NCBI GenBank assembly: GCA_951406725.2
Contig: OX597814.1
Coordinates: 104,222,001-104,286,000 of the forward strand
Direction: 5' to 3'
Length of the DNA stretch: 64,000 nt
Source: Octopus vulgaris
Lineage: Eukaryota
The notes under the pieces are model-generated. The model was not told where the DNA came from, ran no database searches, and saw only the letters and a list, made by a program, of their open reading frames with translations. Positions 1 to 12,200 of the stretch are shown here, one piece after another (the stretch's first letter is position 1; each line of letters starts with the position of its first letter). The position numbers were made by a program, and so were the translations under genes.

Positions 1-374
1 CATGGAAAAACGGACGCTAAACGACGACGATGATGATGATAATTTGCGTTCCATTATTGCTACTGTGCTAAGTAATATGATCCAATTTAGAATTCCATTA
101 CAATTATGAGAGGAGTTGTGATTATGATTGCCACTAAGCATATCGTGCTTCTATTTAATTATATTATTTGGGTTAGTTATAAGGTGATCCTTTGAACTAC
201 AAAGGTTTGCATTTTGGTTTTGATGAAAAGTAGAGAGGTGCTTCAATTTGTACTGCTGGGGACAGTTGTATCCACATTCGGCTTACAGCAATTCTCACAT
301 GAGCCACATACATGCTGGTCCCCTAATCGTTATCATAACATCATTTCTGTCTGTTCTTGGAAATATTTTTACTT

Positions 375-436
375 TGTCAATTAAATATAATTTAATTGAC
401 AATTAAATATAATTTAATTGACAATTAAATATAATT
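375..436. repeat. Short palindromic tandem repeat (22 bp unit, ~2.7 copies)
   Basis: CAATTAAATATAATTTAATTGA repeated. Confidence 0.8.
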
Positions 437-879
437 GCTTACTGTTATTTCAATTAATATATACACTTGAAACAGAATTAGATTAACCACAACATTGCAA
501 CGTTTCTATATACAGTATAAACATTGGTATATACATCCCAAATGTACAGGGGTACTGTTAGTAAGGCATGAGTTGGCTATAGGTACCCTGATGAATTTAG
601 TGAAGGCGCAGGGCTGAGTGATTAGGAGATTAGGGTGTTCAGTACCCAGTGGTACCTTGTCTCCTTCAGCAGGACCCTTTATTTCACATTGCTCCAGTCC
701 ACTCAGGTGGCAGAAATGTGTTGTACCTGTGTTACACTCTGTGTCGTACTGAATCTCCCTGAGAACTACATTAAGGGCACATGTGTCTGTGGAGTACTCA
801 GTCACTTGCACGTTGATTTCATGAGCAAGCTGTTCCAATGATCGGATCAAATGGAACCCTCATCATTGTGACCAATGGA

Positions 880-2320
880 GAGCCTGTAGGTGTCCACCAA
901 GAGTCTGTCCTCAGCCCCCTCCTATTCATCATAGTCCTCCAGGCCATATTAGAGGAATTTAAGACTGGAATCCCATGGGAACTACTATATGCTAATGATG
1001 TAAACCCTCATAACAGAATCTGTAACAGAATTAGAATAGAAATTCCAGATGTAGAAGCAAAATCTGGAATCAAAGGGTCTTAGAGCAAACTTAGCAAAGA
1101 CCAAGGTCCTGGTAAGCAGAAAATCAGACAGGACCCCTCACCCCTCTGGTAGCTGCATGATACGTAGGAAGGGTGCAGCCAGAAATTTTTTTCTGTACCC
1201 AGTGCAAACTATGGACACACAAAAGGAGCAGAGCCATAAAGACCACAGATAGAAGGGAAACAGATTTCCTCAAATGTCCCGGTGGCTCCCTGGAAGTTGT
1301 AGATAATTCTTGCTACATACGAGACCTAATTAGCAGGGGAGGAGGTTGTGTAATTGCAAGAGTAAGAATAGGATGGAGAAAGTTCAGAGAGCTTTATCCT
1401 CTGTTGGCAGCCAAAGTTCGCTTTCTCAAAGTGATGGGTAGATTGTATGATGCGTGAGTATGAACTGCGATGCTGCATGGTAGTGAGATGTGAGCCCAGG
1501 GACTGGAGGACATGTGAAGGCTGTAGAGGAACAAAGCTGGTATGCTCCACTGGTTGTGTGATGTCAGTTTGTATGTGCGGCAGAGGGAGAAGCTGGGCAT
1601 AAGAGGAGATGGATGCAGTGTGCAAGAGAAGAGACCATGCTTGTTTGGTCATGTGATGCGATGGATGAGGACAGTTGCATAAAGAAGTGCTAATCCCTTA
1701 AAGTAGATGGAAGTTGTGGAAGAAGGAGATGAGGAAGACATGAGATGAAGTATTGAAGACAGATCTCAAAATAGCGAACCTTACGAAGGAGATGACAGAA
1801 GACCGGGATATGTGGCGCTCAAGAAGACCCATGTGCAACAACAGAACTAAGATCCTAAAACCAAGGTGTCTTGTAAAAATCATTGGTGTATGCACCACAT
1901 GGAAGGCACTGGTAATGGGGTCAATGTAAAAAGTATCCGCTACACTCTGTAAGGTGGTTGGTGTTAGGAAGGGCATCTAACCATAGAAACCAAACCAAAT
2001 CAGACAAATGGAGCCTGGTGTGACTCCTGGCCTTGCGCCCCCAGGTCAAACCATCCAACCCATGCGAGCATGGAAAATAGATGTTAACCCTTTCGTTACC
2101 GTATTTATTTTGAGATGCTTCGCGTTTCTTTCAATTACTTTAAATATAACAAAGAATTTAGTAAAATAAGTTAGTTATCATTCAGCTAGTGTTAGGAACA
2201 TAAATTGTGACAAAGGTTTGGTGGAAGATTTTAATTCAAAACTTATGAAAACAAGACATTTGTACTCAGAGCCAAAGCCAGTTTCAGCCGGGTTGGTATC
2301 AAAAGGGTTAAATGATGATG
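880..2320 (+). mobile_element. Decayed 5'-truncated RTE-clade LINE (RT/C-terminal fragments plus 3' UTR and (GAT)n tail)
   Basis: VGVHQESVLSPLLFIIVLQAILEEFKTGIPWELLYAND (decayed YADD), ARVRIGWRKFREL, GRLYDA with frameshifts; ends in the abundant 3' module. Confidence 0.85.
2088..2307. mobile_element. piggyBac-type MITE with TTAA duplication
   Basis: TTAA|CCCTTTCGTTACC...GGTATCAAAAGGG|TTAA; copies at 41371-41588 and 51862-52085. Confidence 0.85.
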
Positions 2321-2899
2321 TAAATGACAACTGGGTTTGGTTCATTTTATTAAAATTCTTCAACGCAGTGCCCCAGTATGGCCACAGTCTAATGACTGAA
2401 ACAAGATACATAAAAAAAAAAATAAAAAAAGAGAGAGAGATAAAGAGGATTCCTTCCAGCAGGAATATGGTAAGAAAAGGTTTGATTAAGAATCTCCAAC
2501 CAACTTAAAATTTCATCTTATTGTTTCACAAAGCAACTGACTGGCACAGAGCATCAGTCAAGTGCCTTGTGGTAATTGCATGCCGAGTTCAAAACCTGCT
2601 GAGGTCAACTTTCCAGGACTGATAAAGCACTGGTAATGTGCTGGGATCAATTATTTTCTCTCAGAATCAACTACAGCAAAAGGGTTGTGAGGGGCTGCTC
2701 ACACTGAATCCCAACTACACTGTAAGAAGGACCACTTACATTGACCCTTGTCTCCAAAGGAAGGTTAAGAGAGTGGCAGGAGCCAGCAATGTCCTCTCAT
2801 CTATCATGCAGAGAGGGTCTATGTGACGGGGACTGATGTTCTGCAAGACACTGAAAAGTTAAAACAATAAAGTAACATAATTAGATGAAGGGATCCAGT

Positions 2900-3112
2900 T
2901 TAAGCCGTTAGCATTCAGTTTAATTCTCTGTCAAATGTAATCCTTATTTATTCACATTGTTTTCAGATAATCCTGGATTATCTCATAGCTTTGAGATTTC
3001 AATGATGTGACTGCATATTTTTAGAATGACATTGTCAGGTAGGTATGAAAGGCTGGACCTAGTTTGTTTGGAGTATCTGGGCTGGATAGGACCTGTTTAA
3101 ATGCTAAAGGGT
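2900..3112. mobile_element. Second, older piggyBac-like MITE family (also ~40985-41210, 48228-48382 and split copy 36858-37333)
   Basis: Ends resembling CC(C)TTTAGCATTCA...TAAATGCTAAAGGG with shared internal sequence. Confidence 0.6.
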
Positions 3113-3193
3113 CCAATTATGGATTACATCTACAAGACTGTTAAGATCTCATAAGAATTAGAGGAAAAGAAGAAAAATTAAACTCACAAAACT

Positions 3194-3203
3194 TTTATTT
3201 ATT
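3194..3203 (-). terminator. Overlapping AATAAA polyadenylation signals of BUD23
   Basis: Plus-strand tttatttatt gives two AATAAA on the minus strand ~25-30 nt after the stop. Confidence 0.55.
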
Positions 3204-3228
3204 ATATCACAGCTTAAAGAAATCATGT

Positions 3229-3283
3229 TTAGAATTGGGGTCGTCTCTTTCTTCCTGTGTACTTTGTATCTGGTCGAGTATCT
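3229..3283 (-). CDS. BUD23: BUD23 exon 11, last ([17 protein letters not shown])
   Basis: tctcag acceptor, TAA at 3231-3229; conserved KYTGRKR terminus. Confidence 0.96.
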
Positions 3284-6200
3284 CTGAGATGAAAAATAAA
3301 TGAAGATAATGTAAGAGAGGTGTGTATTAATAATAAACATGTGAACTAACTAAAGAATATTGAATATTGGTAAACAGTTATTCACACTTGCTGTGTATAA
3401 CTGTGAATTAAACAATGTTGTTTAACAGTAAGCAGTTCTATACACTTGCTAACAGAACGGCAATGAAAGAAATTGAACTCTCACCTGCCCTGTCGCCTCC
3501 TTCGATCTTTCTTCTCTTGGATCCAATCTTTGCTCTTTTTAGGATTTTTGCATTTTCTTAGTTGTTTAACTCTTTCTCTGCAGAAAAAGAAAAAGTTTGG
3601 TTTTAAATAATGGGAAAGTCCGCAGATTCACAAAGCAAAACCTTAGCTTTAAATAAATGAATATAAATATACATATAACTATCGTAAATATGAGGGTAAT
3701 AAATTAACATAATTTATTACCAGTGGTTAAGCATGCAGAAATAAAAGTCATAACATATTTTTTAAAAATATAAAATATTTTTATACACAAAAAAGAGACC
3801 ATTGACAGGGTTCCTTACATGCTAAAAAGGGCAGTTAAAACCCAAACCACATATGTGCACACAGATTTTTATATATTACTTTACACAAAAGGGTCACTTA
3901 AGTTTCATGTAGACACATGATAACTGTACAGAAGAAGAAGGCAACTTTTGGCTGAATCAGGAATTTTGAGAAGTGAAGGAAAAAACAAAGAAATCTCTAA
4001 TCGCGTATAACAGGGGAAATAGTGCTAATGAGTTTTATGAAAGCTACATCAAGTCACTTGGATTGGATATATAAAGAATATATTTTTCTAAAAGAATGGA
4101 ATAAAGTTGGAAATATACACCACGATACCAAAAGGGGCTACTGATGTGTATGTATGTGTGAGTATGTGTATATATATATATATATATAAACGGGAAGCTT
4201 TATGAAAATAAACAAAAGACGAAGGCAGGCGGAATACAAACAAACAATTGTATTAGTATGGCGCTCAGGAATATAAATAAAACAAGTCTTTTACGTTTCA
4301 AGCCTACGCTCTTCAACAGAAAGATACACAGAAAATATATATATATATATATATATAATTATATCAAAGGGAAATGGAAATTAATTAAAATTTACATTTT
4401 CAGTGGTCTAACGTGTAAAAATTTAGTTCAAAAGGCTATGTATTATTCATGAGATACAGTGTACATTTAAACATGAGGAATCCACTCATAGGATTCAACA
4501 CGCTAGAAAGAACAGTTAGGTTCTATAACCACAAAAATTAGAGATAAAATTTGACAGAAATGAAATGAAAAATAAAAACATTTTACCATCTAGTTTCATG
4601 GACCAATAACATATATACTTGCCAGGTGCAATCGTCTTCAGCAGGAAGACCTAGGGTTAAACGTATACACAGGAGGCAATCAAACTACGTGGCCCTTGTT
4701 TACACATCCTAACTTTTGCAAAAATCTACTGTGCAGCCGCAGTCCTGTATGTATATGTGTATATATATATATATATATACAGGGGTTGGAGAAAATAATG
4801 GAAACACCTAGCATCATATTTTTGAAATATCTATAAAACTGAGGCAAACCAGGAGGTGGTCCCATGCAGTTGTTGATAGGTTTTGAGAGGGGTTGGAGGG
4901 TTTTGGATGAATAGTACAAGTTGGGTCCTGATTGAGGGAATATAGAACCATGTCTTGATCATTTATTTCTCAAATGCAGACAAACATGGAAAAATCCGGA
5001 TAGAGATATCGAACAAAAACACCATATAATCTGATTGTTTTAACATCTTGTTAATTACTAACTTGTTAGAAAGGTTAATTATTAGTGTCCCCTTGCCTTG
5101 ATGATATTTCCCTCAACTCTCATGTACAACACCCAAGACACAAGTTCATAAAATCCAAATTTTAATGCTTACCGTTTACTAATGTAATCGATGTGGTTAT
5201 CGGCAGAACTGCTTTCTTCAGTGCCAAGACCTTTAGGAAGTTGTTGGACACCACCAGAAAAAAGACAGAGGAATATCCTGAAAAAACAAAAAGATTATTG
5301 CTCAAGTGTTTTATGAAATCTTTTGTTGAGTCATAAACTGAATTCAAAACACAAAGAATCAGTTTGTCCAACCCATTCCAGTATGGAAAGCTAGTGTAGA
5401 ACAATAACACATCGATGGTCAGGTGGTCATCAATAACCAATAATTCTTTCTAATTTTGGCACAAGGCCAGCAGTTTTAGTAGTTTTAGTCAATTACATCG
5501 TTACCAATGTTGCCTTACTGGCATGTAAAAAGCACCCACTACACTCTCGGAGTGGTTGGCGTTAGGAAGGGCATCAAGCTGTAGAAACTCTGCCAGATCA
5601 AGATTGGAGCCTGGTGCGGCCGTCTGGTTTGCCAGCCTTCAGTCAAAATCGTCCAACCCATGGAAAGCGGACGTTAAACGATGATGATGATGACATCAAC
5701 CCCAGTAACTGACTGGAACTTTATTTTATTGACCGCTGAAAGAACAAAAAGCAAAGTTGACCTTAGGAAATACAACATGGATTTTTGGCTAATTTTTTAT
5801 GTTTTACTCATTGGACTGTGGCCATGCTGGGGCACCGTCTTGAAGGGCTGAGTCAAACAAACCAACCGCTGTACTTTTTTCCGTTTTTATTCTGTTGGTC
5901 TCGTTTTGCTGCACTGCCAAGTTACAGAGGTGCAAATAAACCAGCACTGGTTCCCAAATAGCAGGTGAACACACACACACTTCCTCCACCTACCAAATTC
6001 ACTCACAGACAGACAGACATTACATGCAGTAGACTAAGTCTTGGTTCTGGCTGGCACTGCATCTTTGAACAATGTCTTCAGGGATCCTACAGAGTTACCA
6101 GCAGACAACAGAACCTTTCTCCTGCTTCCCACTGTAGATCAGCGGAACTTTCCATGATGATATGACCGTTGGAGGAGGAGAGAGTGTAAAGAACAAACAT

Positions 6201-9200
6201 ACTCAAAAGATTAAAAAAAAACAAAAAACAAACAAATACTAACTTTTTGGCCTTGGTACTGTTGGGGTAGTCAACAACTACCCCACCTAAAAATCCAGCT
6301 TTCATTGCTTGTTGTGTTATTAATTCCAACTATAAAACAAAAGGTTTGGGAAAAAATAATGCATTTAAATAATAATAATAATAAGAGAATAGGAAACCAG
6401 ACATAGTGTTAATTGAGAAAGGAAACAAACTATGCTGGATCATAGATATAGAATGACCAGTTGACAACAAGGTATGCGATAAGGAAGAAAGAAAAGTCAA
6501 GGTTAGCTTGGGAGGCTAAGCAGTTATGGTCACTGAAAAAGGTGGTAGTAGCACCAATAATTGTCAGAGCCCTGAGGACAGTGAGTAAAAATCTTGAGAA
6601 GTACATGGAACAAATAGGGGCTCCAATAAGGGTGGAGCACTTGCAGAAAACAGCACTGCTTGGAAACGCTCAAATACTCCGGAATGTGCTCGAAAAATAA
6701 GAGGTGTTACCTTAGCTCACTGGTAGTGAACAGTTGACACTGTAGTAAGCTGTGCAAAGGCAATAAAATAATGATTTCAAATTTAAGCAAAAGGTCAGTG
6801 ACTGTCAGGGAATGGGGGAAGAAGTTGATTGTGAAGATCAAGGTCCAGTGGTTAGGGTGTTGCTGTCAAAATCACAAGAATATGGTTTTGGTTCCTGGAT
6901 CAAGAGGTGCATTGTGTTCTTGAGCAAAACACTTCATTTCACGTTGTTCCAGTCTACTCAGCTGTAAACAGGTACCACTCTGGAATTACCTGGCATCCCA
7001 TCCAGGGGAGAGCGGGGAGTGTTGTGATCTTGGTCACTTAATCACCATGGAAACCAGGTAACTGTCCCTATAAGTCCAAGGACTTGAGACAGTGGGAAGG
7101 AGAGGGCGTCCATCCAGGATATTTGCTGAGAAAGTATCAAATGAAACAGAGTTAATCCCTTGCAGAGTCAAACAGGAAGGAGAGAGAGGTGTCACGGTCA
7201 ATGGCTGGTGCCTCGTAAAAAGCACCCAGTACACTCTGTAGTAAAGTGGTTGGTGTTGGGAAGGGCATCCGGCTGTAGGGACCAGGCCAAAAGAGACAAT
7301 TGGAGCCTGGTGCAGCCCTCTGGCTGACAAGGCTCCTTGTCAAACCATCCAACCCATGCCATCATGGAAAACGGATGATGATGATGATTATCAACTGCTA
7401 CAATGGTAAAGGAGATGCTTCAGAAGGAAATAACAACAGACCAGTCAAACTGAGAGACTGGGTTACAGAACATTTGGTCAGGAAGAGAATTAGATGAGAC
7501 GCAGTTTGGGTTTGTATCGGAGACAGTGTCCCAGAGATGATCTCTGGCATTTAGCAGCCTGGAGAATACCTGACAGGGTTCCTTGTTCTGTGGTTTGATG
7601 GTTACTAAGGAAACTAGGCTTAGAGGAGTGGTTTGGGAGATCTGTATAAGCCATGCAGAGAGATGGGGGGGGGGGGATTTCAGCAAAATAAGATTTGGTA
7701 ACAAATTCAATAAGAATTATAAGAAACAGGAAGAGGGGAAGGGGTGCCAATACCAGTCTTGTGGCATCATGCTAAATTCCTTATTGTATACTGCTAGGAG
7801 GGGAAACTGCTGCTATTTCCAGCTTTTGGATATCTACCATTGACAAGGCCAAGGAAAGCTGAAATCATGTGATCTGGTTGTCTCGGCAGTGGCAATGGTG
7901 GGTGATATACCTCTCACTAGTGATGTAAACAAGAAGCCTTATAGGCAGGTTCCCTCAGGCTAACTATTGCAGTATTCTGTGTTCTAACACAACATTCAGT
8001 TTTAGGTGGGGGATATATATATAATACAAAGTAAGACAGGGGTAATGGGTGTAACCCACTATGGGATAGTATTTATCCAATATACTGTTGGTAAAGTACC
8101 CAGATTCTTAATACATAAATGTTTTTAATTGCAATGCAATTAACTCATTTATTGTATTAAATGGGTGAAGGTAAAGAAATATTTTTACCGTAAATTTATT
8201 TGTATTCTTATATGTATTGAATCATAAGATATATATGTATGTTATTGAGGTTCTCATTTTGTTAAATGAATAAATAATCCAACATTCTAATATCCGACAG
8301 TTGATGGAACAAACTAAATTTGTTTCTCCATTTTCTTATTTGTATTATATATATATATACATACATATATACACACACACACACACAATCCCAACAAACA
8401 GACATGATCAATATTTCTAAAGAAGCAATATTTTTCAAGTATAAAAGAACTTTAAAAACAGCAAATTGAAAGCAGAACAAAAATGAGTCCAGAGTTAAAG
8501 AGGAAGAAAAGTTGAAATTCCGAACCTGTTGTCCATTTTCTGGATATAACTGGAAAACAGCTCTTGCGCCACGGGCCTGCCAATGATAGAGGGAAAATAT
8601 TTATAAAAGAGATATTTGTATTATTGCAGGGATTGGACAATTGTGATTTATCATTGCTGGTGTCATGCAAAAAGCATCCAGTCCACTCTTAAGTGGTTGG
8701 TATTAGGAAAGGCATTGAGCTGTAGAAACCCTTCCCAAGCAGACAATGGAGTCTGGTGCATCTCCTGATTTTGCCAGCTCCTGTCAAACTGTTCGGCCCA
8801 AGCCAGTATAAGAAATGGATGTTAAATGATGATGATGATCATCATCATCATCATTTGATTAATGTTGGAAGTTTGGGCAAAACAAGTTTGCAAATGTTTA
8901 ACTTACGATTCCACGACTTCTTCAGGAGCTTTACTGATTCTAACTCCATTTATCATCATCATCACCATTTGGTGTCCATTTTCCATGCTAGCATGGGTAG
9001 GACAGTTTGGCAGGAGCTGGCAAGATAATACAAAGCTGTACCAAGCTCCAATTGTCTGCTTCGACATTCTGCCAACACACCTGTCATTAACACCTTTAAT
9101 TATCTTTAATACTTCAACAATTACCATAACCTCAAATGCTTCATTTATTTCCTCATTACTGATACAGTTCTTTCCACTTTGTTGTGGTTTTGTGTAACTC

Positions 9201-12200
9201 AACTTTTCCACATCTCATAGTTTTTTTCATTAATTACCTTATTATAAATTATTACCTGATGCAGTCTTGCATAGAATCTACAACCATTTTCTTCCAGAAC
9301 CTTCATTATCAGTTTTTCGGCATCTCCCTAGTTTTCTATATATTACGGAACTATTTCTTATAGAATCTCACAAATTAGTTTTACCTAATTTACTTTGTTA
9401 ATTATTGCTTTATCCTTTTACTGTTACTGTACTCTACATCTTCATCTAATTATGTAACAACCTGTCACTTCCACAACCCTGTTATCTAGTTTTAATTATT
9501 TTACTTTATGGAGGCCTCATCGAAGCAAGTGAGATTGTAGTTGTGCTGAAGCTAGTGTCATGTAACTGGCCTGTTGAATGTACCCTTCAATCATTGGGTG
9601 ATATGCTGTGCTTGTGAAGACCTGTTGAGCCGAGTGGAATCATAGCCATAGCCGATGCCAGTGCCACATAAAAAGCACCATTGGAGCATTGTGCCTCACG
9701 GAGGGAATGGCAGGTGACCAACACCTTTGGCAATATATTGTGCTTGTGTTGACCTGTAAAGCCAAGTGAGATTGTAGTTGTGGCCAATGCTGGGGTCAGG
9801 TCAATGGCACCTGTGCCGGTGGAGTGTAAAAAGCACACACTACACTCTCGGAGTGGTGGGCATTAGGAAGGGCTGTAGAAACCTTGCCCAATCAGATTGG
9901 AACCTGGTGCACCCACACCCAGTTTACCAGTTTCCAGTCAAACCGTCCAACCCAAGCCAGCATGGAAAGTGGATGTTAAATGATGATGATGTTTAACCAC
10001 CTATATTTATCATCCATGTCCTATGGGTTGGACTTATCATCATCATTTGATGTCTGTTTTCCATGTTGACATGTGTTGGGGAGAGAGGAAGAATATAGGG
10101 CGGGGGGAGGGGGTTAGAGAGGATTGGACTGGGTACGTGAGCAACAAAGGGAAAAGGGGAAAGGTTCGATAAGAACGTGAAAGGAGATGGTTAGATGGGA
10201 TACAGGTGGCTGCAGTAATTGAAGGTGAGAGATATAGGAGTGGCACAGAAGGGGTCATGTTAGATATGTGAGGGCATTGGGAGTGGTAGGGGATAAAAGA
10301 AATGTTAAGGATGGATGGAGTATAGTAGAGAGGAGGCAGCATGGCTGGAGGAAGATGAGGAATGGAGGTGGTCCTGGGGAAGAGGAGGGGATGTGCCTAT
10401 TCAGCTCTTAGGTGACCATGGGTTTCTCCTTTCCACAAGTTCCTTCTATTTTAAGTGATCGGCACTTCTTTATGCAGCTATCCTCATCCGTATGCATCAC
10501 ATGACCAAACCAGCACAGTGGTGAGCAGAACAAAGTGTTGTGTCTAGAAACACAAGCACAGTATATTGCCAAAGGTATTGGTCACCTGTCATTCCTTTCA
10601 TGAGGCCCAATGCTACAACGGTGCTTTTTACGTGCCACTGGCAATGACTACGATTTCACTCAGTTTGATAACATTTCACCCAACAATTGGAGGGTACTTT
10701 GAACGGGCCAGTTACGCAACACTAGCATAAGCCACAACTACAACTTCACTTGGCTTGATGTCATTGCTTCCATGAGGCCTCCATGAAGTAAAATAATTAA
10801 AACACATTCAATCAATTCAAACCAACAATCTCTGCACAGAAAGATTGACACTTTCTTTACTTTATCTATTTACTAGATTATTAGGTTAAATATCATGTTA
10901 CATTAAAGTGTTATGAATAGATTCCTGTTGTGTAAAAAATGTTACACTGTAGAAAGGGGATGGTAAAAGTGTGTATGTGATAAAGAGAGAGACAGAGATT
11001 GAGGCGAATGCTATTGACATGCGCATACATATGATCACACATTCACGCGCACATGCACACAGCTGATGTTCAATTGTTCTTCATCTTCTATTAAGGGGTG
11101 GTGCAGAATTATATTGCTGTTAACTCACCATACACGCATACAAGGAGCTGAAGAATTTAAATAACCGTTTCACTGGGTGATGGGTTTTCTTGTCAGCATT
11201 ACACAGCCACTGGATTGCAGAAATACTGTAAATATGCAGAAGAATTATATATGGATATGATCATCATCATCGTCATTTATAGTTTGAATATCATAATTTG
11301 GGAGAATATTAATTATTAGAAATAAATCATGATGATGATGATGAAATTTTAAAGATTCTTTTTTTTTTAAAAGACAGAAAAATAGAAACAACCCACCCCC
11401 TCCATCACCACCCTTAATTTATGATAATGACATTTATTCTTAAAAAGCTTTGCAGAGAAGATAACTATGAAAAACCAAAATGTTTGTTTATACCACTAAA
11501 AATAATTCTCTTTTGCAACATAGCAAAAATATATTTGGAAATATATAATTGTAAACTGAATAGGAAGAGTTTGTTGAGATTTTCTGATGAATCAGAAAAT
11601 CTCTGAAGGGGCTGTAGCTTGCTGTAACCACACTGGTAGCTTACTGGAACCCTGTAGAATTTTGGTAGGAGACTACAATTGGCTGTAAGGACAACAGTTT
11701 TACAAGAGGGCCAGAGTGTGCTCTAACTTCAGAGTCATTTTATTAAGAATTACAGTGGTCTGCTTCTTTTCTTTCTCAATTAGGGGTGAAGTCTACAATT
11801 TCAAGAAGAATGGAAATGAGAAGAATGGCACTCGTGCCTCTCCCAATGATGTTAAAGTGAAAGGAAACAGCTTTAACAGAAATCAAAACACATTCTTTGA
11901 ATTAGCTCAGGGAAAGTCCATCCCTATGGTGCCAGTATGCCACTCAACTGGCTCATTGAAGAAATAAGGTATGCACAGCAAAGATAATTAAATAATTATG
12001 CATCACTGAGGTTAGCTTAATCAATGCCTAACAAAGCTATGTAGGAAATGGTTGTGGGGTTAAGAAGTTTGCTTTGCAATTCTATGGTTCCAGATTCTGT
12101 CTGACTGTACTGCACCTTGAGACAGAGTTTTCTATCAAAGACTCGGTTTAATTCAACCAGAAGCCTGTTAAATGGATTATAACCATTCTTGGCTGGATAA

